A stretch of 64,000 bases of DNA from Octopus bimaculoides (Eukaryota), in the NCBI RefSeq assembly GCF_001194135.2, contig NC_068984.1, forward strand, positions 29,734,800 to 29,798,799. Direction: 5' to 3'. The notes beneath the pieces were generated by a model. That model was given only the letters and a program-made list of their open reading frames with translations, searched no databases and had not been told where the DNA came from. Made by a program: the position numbers and the translations under genes. Shown here piece after piece: positions 10,811 through 23,055 of the stretch. Position 1 is the first letter of the stretch. Each line of letters opens with the position of its first letter.

Positions 10811-12684
10811 TGAAATTTGCTTACGTATTCCAAACGTGAAATTAATTCAAAACACTATATCTATATATGCATGTTTGTGTATAACAGGCACAAAAATCTA
10901 CCGAGATCTCACTCTCAACATACTGAGAGAATTTAGCGTGAGAGACGCGATACTGATCTAGACAATCTAAATATCCCTTGCAGTTAATTTACTGCTCAAA
11001 ATTTATAAAAAATTTGAAATATTCCCTTAACATGTGAATTCCGAAAACCTGAACAATGAGAGTGTTTAAACACACTACAAAAGCTTCGTTTCATTCTGTT
11101 TTTTCAAAGATATTTTTTAATAGTCAATAACTTTTAAGAAAATTTTGTGACTGTTTATTGTCGCAAATATTTGACTGTATAAAGTACATTTTTTTTNNNN
11201 NNNNNNNNNNNNNNNNNNNNNNNNNNNNNNNNNNNNNNNNNNNNNNNNNNNNNNNNNNNNNNNNNNNNNNNNNNNNNNNNNNNNNNNNNNNNNNNNNNNN
11301 NNNNNNNNNNNNNNNNNNNNNNNNNNNNNNNNNNNNNNNNNNNNNNNNNNNNNNNNNNNNNNNNNNNNNNNNNNNNNNNNNNNNNNNNNNNNNNNNNNNN
11401 NNNNNNNNNNNNNNNNNNNNNNNNNNNNNNNNNNNNNNNNNNNNNNNNNNNNNNNNNNNNNNNNNNNNNNNNNNNNNNNNNNNNNNNNNNNNNNNNNNNN
11501 NNNNNNNNNNNNNNNNNNNNNNNNNNNNNNNNNNNNNNNNNNNNNNNNNNNNNNNNNNNNNNNNNNNNNNNNNNNNNNNNNNNNNNNNNNTTTAACCCTT
11601 AGATAAAATATAAATGCTTGAGAATCACAGCATGATGTAATTCATACAAGTTGGCTCCTATGAACACTTTGATACATAAGAGATAAAAAGCAAGAAATGA
11701 GACAATGTGAGTATTAGAATGCCATAATCATGTCAGAGAAGCAGTTAGAGTACAGAGAATGAAGGCTAAAAGATGAAACGAAATGTGTTCAGAAATGTTT
11801 AAATATATTAATCTTATATAAATACGAACAAAGACCGAATTACAAACAATTCCAATGAAAGTTCAAAAGCTTTGGATATATAAAGTTTATATTTATCACG
11901 CTATATTTGAATACGGTACAACAAAAGTGAATTATATAAACATGCCCAATATGAATGCAGACAAATATAAGTGATAACTCAATTCATTAAGTTTTGTTAT
12001 ATATATATATATATATATGTGCACTATTCGATACTTACAAACTCATGCAAACTATTACACATTCACATACACAAACAGGCACGCACACATATAGCTATAT
12101 GAAATTACGTACATACGCATACATAGATGCATATATACTTACATAGATACATGCTTACACACACACACACATATCTATATATACACACGCACACATGCAC
12201 ACACATATGTATGTTGAGTATACGCACATATCTATAAATGTATATATTCACAGTCATATGTATTCATATATATGTGTGTGTATGCATGTACGCGCACACG
12301 CACAAACAAACGCACACTCACCCATATATATATATACACACACATATATATGTATATACATATACATACATACATACATACATAAATAGATACATAAATA
12401 AATTGATGAATATATTAGTTAGATAAATAGATATATTCATTTATGATTATGTGTGCGCTTGTATATTTGCAGGATGAATGTGCACCTCAGCGTGTGTGTG
12501 TGTTATGCAATAAATACAAAATCTCTCTATATCTAAGTGTCTCTTGTGTGAAGCTGTTTTAGATAAATCTTGTAGTTGATCTAAAGTACATATAAGCATA
12601 TATACCCGAAGATACACACACACCCACTGGTCATCTCTCCAGTGTCAGAACAACGACCGTTTATTACATCACTGTTGGTTATAT

Positions 12685-12728
<44 letters not shown>

Positions 12729-12752
12729 NNNNNNNNNNNNNNNNNNNNNNNN

Positions 12753-12794
<42 letters not shown>

Positions 12795-13069
12795 GCTAAC
12801 GCATATCCATAAACAAATATACAAGCAAGCATACATACATATATGCATGCATAGAATTGACCAAAGTGTTGTAGACACCACAACCCAATAAAATTCGAAG
12901 AGAGATTAAAGCTGCTTATTGTTCCTCCAATCCACAGAGAAAGAGCTAAATATGCCCTGTTTGTATATATTTTAATTGTATTACATACATACATGCACAC
13001 AAACAAATACATACACGCAAACAAATACATACACACATTTTCACACGCGCGCACAGACGCGCACATAAT

Positions 13070-13252
13070 ATTTTCTACTCTATCGGAATTTTGGGGGAGG
13101 GGACCAATTGATTAGATCGACCCCACATACGCAACTGGTACTTAATTTATCGACCCCGAAAGGATGAAGGCCAAAGTCGACCTCGGCGGAATTTGAACTC
13201 AGAACGTAAGACAGACGAAATACTGCTAAGCATTTCACCCGGCGTGTTAACA
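13070..13252 (-). mobile_element. SINE A2, 5'-clipped
   Basis: Reverse-complement core atcgaccccgaaaggatgaaggccaaagtcgacctcggcggaatttgaactcagaacg. Confidence 0.85.
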
Positions 13253-13257
13253 TTTTT

Positions 13258-13479
13258 TATTTGTTTATTGCCCTTTAAGGAGCTAAACATAGAGGGAACA
13301 ATAACAGACAGACAATGGGATTACATCAACCCCAGGGTGTAACTGGTACTTAATTTATCGACCCCGAAAGGATGAAAGGAAAAGTCGACCTCGGCGGAAT
13401 TGGAACTCAGAACGTAAAGACAGGCGAAATATCGCTAAGAATTTCGTCCGGTGTGCTAACGTTTCTACCAGCTCACCGC
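13258..13479 (-). mobile_element. SINE A1
   Basis: Reverse-complement core, A1-type tail (catagaggg...acagacagac) and head cagctcaccgc. Confidence 0.85.
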
Positions 13480-13784
13480 ATTACACCCCCCCCACACACA
13501 CACACAATGAAGAATTACTGTGCGTGAATCCGTATGATTTTGTGATGTTGAACAGACCATAATCAATGGTTTTCAGCCAAGGGAGACCTATCGGGATAGT
13601 GTTCACTCTAGTCACACATTCCTACAACAAACACTTTTTATGATACATCATACATGTTCCACATTTTAGCTAAGCTAGAAAAGATTGTCAAGAGTCCTAT
13701 ATTTCACTTAGCATAACAATTTCATTCATTAAATGTGCTTGTTTACTTTGAGGGAAATGTATACCTGTTGTTAATATTCCTTTC

Positions 13785-13938
13785 TTCACTAGGCACAAGG
13801 CCCAAAAATTTGGGGAAGCGGACCAGTCGATTAGATCGACCCCAGTACGCAGCTAGCACTTAATTTATCGACCTCGAAAAGATGAAAAGCAGAGTTGACC
13901 TCAGCGGAACGTAAAGACCGGCGAAATACCGCTAATCC
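13785..13938 (-). mobile_element. SINE A, diverged and internally deleted
   Basis: taggcacaaggccc...atcgaccccagtacgc...atttatcgacctcgaaaagatgaaaagc. Confidence 0.75.
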
Positions 13939-13949
13939 TTTAATCCCTT

Positions 13950-14285
13950 TCTGGGGTCAATAAAATAAATACCAGTTAAGCACAGGGGTAGGTGTAATCG
14001 ACTGTGCTGCTGCTCCGAAACTGCTGGCCTTGTGCCAAACTTTGAAACCAATATCATCATAGACGTGTTAAGGAGGTGAGCTAGTAGATTCATTAGCACA
14101 CAACACAAAATGTTTGGTAGTAGTTTGTCTGTCTTTGTGTTCTTAACTCAAATTCCACCAGGGTCGGCTTAGTCTTTCAACCTTTAGGGCTGGATAAAAT
14201 AAGTGCCAGTTAAGTGTTAGGGTCGAAGTGATAAACTTACCCCTCTCCTCGAAAACTGCTGGCCCTCGGTCAAAGTTTGAAACCT
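13950..14285 (+). mobile_element. two diverged SINE A copies in tandem (13950-14050, 14070-14285)
   Basis: ggggtcaataaaataaataccagtt...gctggccttgtgccaaactttgaaacc, followed by a second head, core and tail. Confidence 0.65.
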
Positions 14286-15681
14286 TTATCATTTCAATTA
14301 TTGAAATTAATATTTTTAAATACCCTAATGTTGTTTTCCTGTTAAGATAAAATTTATTTTATTTTTCTGTTTTGTCTCTTAAAATTACGTTTGTGTTTAA
14401 TTTTTAAGGTATCATTTCTCTTGGGAAAAGACATCTTTGATCCTCCTCTCATATTTTTCGATAGAACTGCCTCATGTCCACAGATTCTTTGAAACTTGCC
14501 ATACTGAAAAAAAAAAAATAAAGAAAAAAGAAAAAGTCTGCAATAATTGATTTTGAAAAATTCTTTATAGTCAAAATTTGAATGTTTGTTGAATGTAATT
14601 CATTGTCTTTCGTTTCTGTTGGTTTTTAATAACTGAAAATTTCTGTTTTTTTAGGCGCGTAGGAATTGCATTCACTTTTATGGTAGCTTCTCTTATTACC
14701 ACCTCAGTGAATGCCATGCTTACAATTGTAACTGAAATTGTTTTGGAACATCCCACCTTCAATTAAAAATATCAAATCTCAGGGAAAAGGCAGAAGACTT
14801 TAAATCATATTCAATGTAACGCGTCGACATTCACACGGCCCTAAAGTGATATTGAATTTGTAAAACAATTCAGTATTTATACAGCAACATGCACTGTCAG
14901 AAACTACATGTCAGGTGACTCTGTGTGGATACATTCAGCAAATTCTGTGGGTTCCTACCGGATACCGTGTGGATAAAATGTTTTCCTAGCCTTACACAAG
15001 CACGAAGGAAGAAAGTTATACCAGGAATGATTCTACTTGTCTGAAGAAATCCGACCCCGTAATTTCAGTCGGGTCGGAATCCCACGTACGTAGCTGTTTC
15101 AGTCTAAGATCATTCTCATTCATATTTAGAAATCCAGATCTTTCCGAAACAATGCTGATTCTGTTGCTGTTTATAATCCCCCACTACATCCAATTCTAGA
15201 TGTTATTAAGAAAGTTACCATAATTGGAGGCCGACCCCAGTCCCAGAAGCTGAGAGCAATTGCCTATTGATTTAAAGAGAAACTACGTGTTTCATAGCAT
15301 TTAGCTAAGTACTTCATCAACACATTGCTATTTTTACTTATAACATTGAAATTAATGAATGTTTTCGTGTTTTCATGTTTGACTATCGATTTAGTTCATA
15401 ATGCAGTTAATTCCTTTCTCTTGCTTTTGCTGTTGAGGAATGTAGGATTATCCAATTTCTCGTAATCTCGTTAAATCGATTTTCACTACGTCGCTTATCT
15501 TGATGTACTTTTATCACTTTTGCCTTTTGTATATTATACCAGAGTTCTCTCTTCTAGACGCTATCATTTCACGAAGTGTCGAGCGGGCAATATCAGGGTT
15601 GGAAAAAGAATAGTAGCATGTCCGTGAGTATATATCTGATTGCCTTGTGTGTATACCTATATGCATGCGTACGTACGTACG

Positions 15682-15713
<32 letters not shown>

Positions 15714-16624
15714 TCTGTATATATGTATGTACACACATACACATCTGTATATATGCATATTCATATATATATATATATATATATATANNNNNNNNNNNNN
15801 NNNNNNNNNNNNNNNNNNNNNNNNNNNNNNNNNNNNNNNNNNNNNNNNNNNNNNNNNNNNNNNNNNNNNNNNNNNNNNNNNNNNNNNNNNNNNNNNNNNN
15901 NNNNNNNNNNNNNNNNNNNNNNNNNNNNNNNNNNNNNNNNNNNNNNNNNNNNNNNNNNNNNNNNNNNNNNNNNNNNNNNNNNNNNNNNNNNNNNNNNNNN
16001 NNNNNNNNNNNNNNNNNNNNNNNNNNNNNNNNNNNNNNNNNNNNNNNNNNNNNNNNNNNNNNNNNNNNNNNNNNNNNNNNNNNNNNNNNNNNNNNNNNNN
16101 NNNNNNNNNNNNNNNNNNNNNNNNNNNNNNNNNNNNNNNNNNNNNNNNNNNNNNNNNNNNNNNNNNNNNNNNNNNNNNNNNNNNNNNNNNNNNNNNNNNN
16201 NNNNNNNNNNNNNNNNNNNNNNNNNNNNNNNNNNNNNNNNNNNNNNNNNNNNNNNNNNNNNNNNNNNNNNNNNNNNNNNNNNNNNNNNNNNNNNNNNNNN
16301 NNNNNNNNNNNNNNNNNNNNNNNNNNNNNNNNNNNNNNNNNNNNNNNNNNNNNNNNNNNNNNNNNNNNNNNNNNNNNNNNNNNNNNNNNNNNNNNNNNNN
16401 NNNNNNNNNNNNNNNNNNNNNNNNNNNNNNNNNNNNNNNNNNNNNNNNNNNNNNNNNNNNNNNNNNNNNNNNNNNNNNNNNNNNNNNNNNNNNNNNNNNN
16501 NNNNNNNNNNNNNNNNNNNNNNNNNNNNNNNNNNNNNNNNNNNNNNNNNNNNNNNNNNNNNNNNNNNNNNNNNNNNNNNNNNNNNNNNNNNNNNNNNNNN
16601 NNNNNNNNNNNNNNNNNNATATAT

Positions 16625-16661
<37 letters not shown>

Positions 16662-16899
16662 CATTACGCTTAAATACACATATGTATGTATGTATGTATA
16701 TGCGCGCGTGTGTGCATGTGAACAGTGAGTGTGGACGTTGGAAATACGACTAAGAAATTTGGATTATATACCAACTCGTTTAAGTCGATTAAAACGCATC
16801 GAAAATACTCAACTAATTGCTTCAAGTAATTATAAATTACTTATCTTAACGACATACTCTTCAACTAAAAATAAACCTTAAAACAAATTCTGATGTACC

Positions 16900-18360
16900 G
16901 TGTATAATAAATGATTTTACGTAACACACATTTGAACGACAGACATTTTTATTTACTAAGAACCTACTCTTTATCAGGGTGTATCAAAGGAAATATTACC
17001 TGTGGTTGGTCATTCACCTGATTTGGATACACAGCCAATCACGGCGGAAAAGCGTACAGAATCTAATTTATTCGTATACAATTGTCTTTTAGGTGAATTA
17101 CAATTCTAACTCTTTTTATATCTCTCGTACAGACACACATATATTCATATGCTCATTTCTTCAGCATATGCAATCTTGTGTATACTATCTAGTTGTTGAT
17201 TCGTTTTGTGCCTCAGCACGCATGCATTGTAAATATGTGTGCATATGTTTGTAGAATGGAAATATAAATATTTTCCGACCTCATGTTGCCAGATGGCTAC
17301 TCAAATATATTTAACGGACGTCTCGGTTTCTAATTTACTGTCGGTCCACACGTGAACGCTCTGATAGTGCATTTCCAGTCTGACCCACATATAGTTCTTC
17401 ACGATTCGGGCATTCGACGCAGTAAATTAAATTTCTGCGTTTGCAGTTCATATGTGCATTTGTGAATATTTACCCCATTTTGTGTTCATATATTGGCCGG
17501 TATGTATGTATTGGCATGTGCTACATCGGATATCTTTGCATTTAGGTACAGTGAATGATTGGTAGGTTTGCTTTGGCAATGTTGAAAATATTCTGGTGAC
17601 ATGGATTGTGTGTCACTATAAATGCTATGAATTGTTCCTGTTTTCCTCTTCTTTGGGCTGTCCTCAGTTGTTGCATGGGTATTTTTATAGCCTGCTCTAT
17701 TCCATTTTCTGTATGTAGAGACGGGTACTTTTGTTTGTGCAAACATTCTCTTAGGCGTTTGTTCCTGATATTCGCTTCTTCTACAGTGGTACAAATTCTT
17801 CTGGATAGGCAGTATGGCATGTTGCGTTTTGTATGTGGTGGATGGCACAACTTAAAATTCAAGTATTGATGTGTGTCCGTGTGTTTTTAGTATAGATCTG
17901 TGGTAACGGTGGTGTCGTTTTTGATAACCATTATATCTAGGAATTTGGTACTGTTCATCTCCTTTGTATAATGGAGAGGCAGGTGTAGGTTGTTCAGGGG
18001 GATATTAAACTCTTCAAATCTCTTCAAGTGTATTTAGAGATTTTGTGCAGATTATGAAACGATCGTCATGTTATCTCTTCCATGCCTTTTCAATATACTT
18101 TCTAATTTCAGTGCTATAGTTTTCCTTTACTTCTTGGTATAGTTTTTGTTCTAAATATCCCATTACAGAATTCGCGTAAACGGGAGAAAACCTCATTCCC
18201 ATCGCCGTGCCTTTAACGTGGATGTAATTCTTTCCATTGATGACGAATGTGTTGTTTTCCAGAATGGTCTGACTGTATCTAATAGAAATGGCACTGTGAG
18301 TGTGTTGGGGATCACTTCTCTATGGTTTTCTACCCAGTATTTAATCGCCTTTATTCCTAA
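16900..18360 (-). mobile_element. Penelope-like element, 5'-truncated: RT + GIY-YIG endonuclease, pseudogenised
   Basis: Minus strand: YWVENHRE...LENNTFVINGKNYIHVKGTAMGMRFSPVYANSVMGYLEQKL...KR*HDD...KFLDIMVIK...TDLY*KHTDTHQYLNFKLCHPPHTKRNMPYCLSRRIC...THNP...MNCKRRNLIYCVECPNREELYVGQTGNALSERSR. The downstream (pLTR) boundary is approximate. Confidence 0.9.
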
Positions 18361-20419
18361 ATTTTAGTTCATAGATCTATGAACTTTATATTATTAAAGA
18401 ATTAAAAAATAATAAATTAAACTGATTAGAACTACAGTTAAGCCATTCAATTTCTTTTTCAAATATACCCAACTGTACCATGGATGTCATGCATTTTCCA
18501 CTATATATATATATATAAAAGTTCAATTTAATTCAATATGCCGCAAAAATATAAATAGAATTGTCAAGATTTGATGATTTTATTAGCAGTGAATTTTGAA
18601 AGAGAATTTCTGTGAGGCCGGCATATATTTTGAATTATTGGTAATAGATATAATAGATTCGGCTGCGAACAAAATCATCGCCATTGTAACGCAGCATCTA
18701 TTTTTCACAGTTGCAATCCCAATTACGACGGACAAGTTTCACAATAGTCAAATTTGACCAATGTCTTCCTGCTTTAATTCTAATGATGGTTTGATGGTTT
18801 TCTTCGCCATCGTTTACACCTTCATACTTCAAGCAACGAACTGAAGATCTGAGTTGTATATATTTGTAAATTCACTGGGCAATGTTTACTGACAACAAAG
18901 TGTTTTCTATACAAACTATTTGTCCAATCTTCCGTAATCGATTTTCCTTATCTGAGCCTGCAAGGTGGATAATATTAATGTAAACAATTCGTTCCTGTGA
19001 TCTAATATCTGATCATTGCTGAGACTAATCGCATGATTTAATCTGGAATTGAGTAAATAAAAATCTTGACGTTGAAGACAATTATTTCGAAATCAAAACG
19101 CAGCGAACAGATCCACCAGCAAGCCATCTGCATCTATTACTACGACATTCACATACTGAATTGCAAATGGTTTCTTTGTATGGATACGTTTTATTTAAGC
19201 AAAAGCGGCCGCAACTGAACAGCAAATAATACACTCAGAGATAATAAGGATTTAATGAAATATAGCAGGGAGGTTATGGGGATAAGGATGGATGTTAAGG
19301 CTTTGCTTTGTGCACCTGTTATATGGAATGCGTTAGCTAAATAAACGAATCGAATCTTTCATTATATCGTTCGTGCGTTCAAGCAAAGTGTTCATACAAA
19401 GACAAACTATTCGAATATCAAAATCGCTTTCAAAAGCACTGTGTAGTCGTAAGACAACATATTATAGTTGTAAGATTAAAATATATAGCTGCGAGAATAC
19501 ACGGCATAAGTTAAAAGCTGCCTTCTCTGGAAGCCAAACTTCGGTTAGAAATCTCATTCAAATTTCCATTAGATCATATTGAATAAAAAAAGAATCAGTA
19601 ATTGTATGATATAGTCCTGGATACAATGGCTGGAAAAATGACAGGATGTTGATGGCTGAAACCTCATTGATAATTGATCTTCTCGATTTAAGCAACAATA
19701 ACATGATTGGAATTTCCAAGTGAAAGATTGAAAGGTTCCTGGATTACATTGTATGCATACATTTTTTCAGTTATTTTTTTGCCCTTAAAATATCATGTTC
19801 CGTTGATTACATGTCGTCGCAATTTGTGTTTTACGTGAGATTTTTTAAGTCATGATCTTTTAATGTACATAATTCCTCATCTCTTAAATATAGAAATGCA
19901 TAATCTTTTGCTCGTATTTTTTGTTGTGATAGGAAATTCATCGTTTTCAACAGAGGTTAATACTTTTCTACGTTCAGAAATTCAAAGTCGCATTAAACAT
20001 GTTTAATACTCTTTGGATATTTCTTAAGCACGAAGTATAACAATTCAAATTTTCTTCATAAATAACCACCTCAGTTATTTCAACATCACTCATTATGATT
20101 AAAATATTCTCCATCTTGAAGAAACAAATGTAAACTTGACAGTAGAACTCAAGTTATCCGTAAATGACAATTAAGATTTAAAACAATGAAACAAGCAGGG
20201 TCCTGGGAATTTTAAAACGTGTAATATACGTCATTGATATCATTTTCACTGCTGACATGAAAGCAAAAATACATATATCTAAATACACCATGATATACTA
20301 CGGAAATAATAGAGCACACACACACACACGCGCGCACACACACGCGCGCACACACACACACATATATATATATATAAACGCTCTGCATACACACACAGAC
20401 ACACTGACACTCGCACGCA

Positions 20420-20492
<73 letters not shown>

Positions 20493-20496
20493 ACAC
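20420..20496. repeat. (CA)n microsatellite
   Basis: Direct inspection. Confidence 0.95.
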
Positions 20497-20729
20497 GGCG
20501 GCGAGCTGGCAGAAACGTTAGCACGCCGGGCGAAATGCTTAGCGGTATTTCGTCTGCCGCTACGTTCTGAGTTCAAATTCCGCCGAGGTCGACTTTGCCT
20601 TTCATCCTTTCGGGGTCGATTAAATAAGTACCAGTTACGCACTGGGGTCGATATAATCGACTTAATCCGTTTGACAGTCCTTGTTTGTCCCCTCTGTGTG
20701 TAGCCCCTTGTGGGTAGTAAAGAAATAAC
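20497..20729 (+). mobile_element. SINE A1, full-length and apparently young, embedded in (CA)n
   Basis: ggcggcgagctggcagaaacgttagcacgccgggcgaaatgc...gagttcaaattcc...ccccttgtgggtagtaaagaaata, with (CA)n on both sides. Confidence 0.92.
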
Positions 20730-20859
20730 ACACACACACACACACACATACACACACACACACACACAGACACACACACACACAAAGAGAAATGGAGAGT
20801 TTGAACATAGAAAACAATCTAATTATTTATATGATATTCCTTTTCATATTGCCTACTTA

Positions 20860-21072
20860 CGGTTCAATTTCTTACCTGCAGTCATATTTTGCAATTCAGA
20901 TTGCATTATGCATTTTTTAGGTAAAAATCCCATCAAGGCAAAAATTGACAAAATTTCAACTCTCTATTCACTAGGATAGCAATTAATTTTTGCCTTGATG
21001 AATTTTTTTGCCATTTAAATGCATGATGCAATCTTAATTGCAAAATATGAATGAAGGTAAGAGATTGGAACG
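20860..21072. mobile_element. fold-back / MITE with ~85-bp imperfect inverted arms
   Basis: tcttacctgcagtcatattttgcaattcagattgcattatgcattt pairs with aaatgcatgatgcaatcttaattgcaaaatatgaatgaaggtaaga; inner catcaaggcaaaaatt pairs with aatttttgccttgatg. Confidence 0.75.
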
Positions 21073-21410
21073 TAGTTAGGCGATATGAAATAGAGTTATA
21101 TATAAATAAATTGATTTGTATCTGTGTTCAAACGGTCCATGTTCCTTATACTATAGTGTTAAAATTCTGTTCTCCTATATGGAATAGATGAAAATATCTA
21201 TAAGAACTACTAGAACTTACACTAATACTAACACAAATTAATTAATTCCAAGTATTTTAATCGATATGGAGCTAACATGATGTACACTTGGATAAGATAC
21301 ATACCCGTGAAAAAGCAACCTCTTTCCATTCGAAACTATATATATATATATATATATACATGTATATACTAATATGAATATAAATATATATATATACATA
21401 TATACATATA

Positions 21411-21414
<4 letters not shown>

Positions 21415-21500
<86 letters not shown>
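21415..21500. repeat. (TA)n microsatellite
   Basis: Direct inspection. Confidence 0.95.
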
Positions 21501-21508
<8 letters not shown>

Positions 21509-21650
21509 CATATATTTATGCAAACACACATATATATATATATATACATACACACATATATATATACACCCCACCCCGCCCACCTACACACACACACACA
21601 TACACATATATGTACATATATTCGGCTATGTACTAAAACATTTCGGTACC

Positions 21651-21799
21651 TTTAACCCTTAGATAAAATATAAATGCTTGAGAATCACAGCATGATGTAA
21701 TTCATACAAGTTGGCTCCTATGAACACTTTGATACATAAGAGATACCCGTGAAAAAGCAACCTCTTTCCATTCGAAACTATATATATATATATATATAT
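21651..21799 (+). repeat. exact local duplications joined together (probable assembly chimera)
   Basis: 21651-21745 is identical to 11591-11685 (95 bp); 21743-21782 is identical to 21301-21340; an N-gap follows. Confidence 0.85.
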
Positions 21800-23055
21800 N
21801 NNNNNNNNNNNNNNNNNNNNNNNNNNNNNNNNNNNNNNNNNNNNNNNNNNNNNNNNNNNNNNNNNNNNNNNNNNNNNNNNNNNNNNNNNNNNNNNNNNNN
21901 NNNNNNNNNNNNNNNNNNNNNNNNNNNNNNNNNNNNNNNNNNNNNNNNNNNNNNNNNNNNNNNNNNNNNNNNNNNNNNNNNNNNNNNNNNNNNNNNNNNN
22001 NNNNNNNNNNNNNNNNNNNNNNNNNNNNNNNNNNNNNNNNNNNNNNNNNNNNNNNNNNNNNNNNNNNNNNNNNNNNNNNNNNNNNNNNNNNNNNNNNNNN
22101 NNNNNNNNNNNNNNNNNNNNNNNNNNNNNNNNNNNNNNNNNNNNNNNNNNNNNNNNNNNNNNNNNNNNNNNNNNNNNNNNNNNNNNNNNNNNNNNNNNNN
22201 NNNNNNNNNNNNNNNNNNNNNNNNNNNNNNNNNNNNNNNNNNNNNNNNNNNNNNNNNNNNNNNNNNNNNNNNNNNNNNNNNNNNNNNNNNNNNNNNNNNN
22301 NNNNNNNNNNNNNNNNNNNNNNNNNNNNNNNNNNNNNNNNNNNNNNNNNNNNNNNNNNNNNNNNNNNNNNNNNNNNNNNNNNNNNNNNNNNNNNNNNNNN
22401 NNNNNNNNNNNNNNNNNNNNNNNNNNNNNNNNNNNNNNNNNNNNNNNNNNNNNNNNNNNNNNNNNNNNNNNNNNNNNNNNNNNNNNNNNNNNNNNNNNNN
22501 NNNNNNNNNNNNNNNNNNNNNNNNNNNNNNNNNNNNNNNNNNNNNNNNNNNNNNNNNNNNNNNNNNNNNNNNNNNNNNNNNNCTTCTTTTCATACGGGAC
22601 TATTTGTGACGCACATGGAATAGATTTCTTTGAGGTGAGATGCCTGAACTCACTAGCCGATGAATTCGTAAGTGCCTTTCTTATCGTTGATTTTTGGTGT
22701 CGCATGGCCAAAAATTACCGTGAATTTTTTTAGAGACACTTTCAAATTTATCAGAATATTTGGGCTGAAGATTGGAATAGTGAAATTTTCATTCACTTAA
22801 CCATGAAACGATTCGTATCCAATTAACTAAAGACTTGGTTTGTTTACGCTTTTCCCTCCGGTTTTTTTGTTCTATGTGTGCCATAAATATCGCCAGCCGC
22901 TTTAGAGAAAAAATCAGTAGTTCTTTGACTGCTATTTCTAAATTTTCAGTATGTTGGAGAAGCAACTCAATTGCTAATCCCTGTATATTTATGATGATAT
23001 ATATATATATGTATGTATATATATTTTTATATATTGTTATAATTCAGGATAGTAA

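Noticed and set aside
16950-16985. Hammerhead-like cCTGATAAagag in the downstream region of the Penelope-like element
   Set aside because: CTGANGA is mutated, no GAAA follows, and stems are not convincing.
22582-23030. Minus-strand open stretch QGLAIELLLQHTENLEIAVKELL...
   Set aside because: No recognisable family or splice context; stops downstream.
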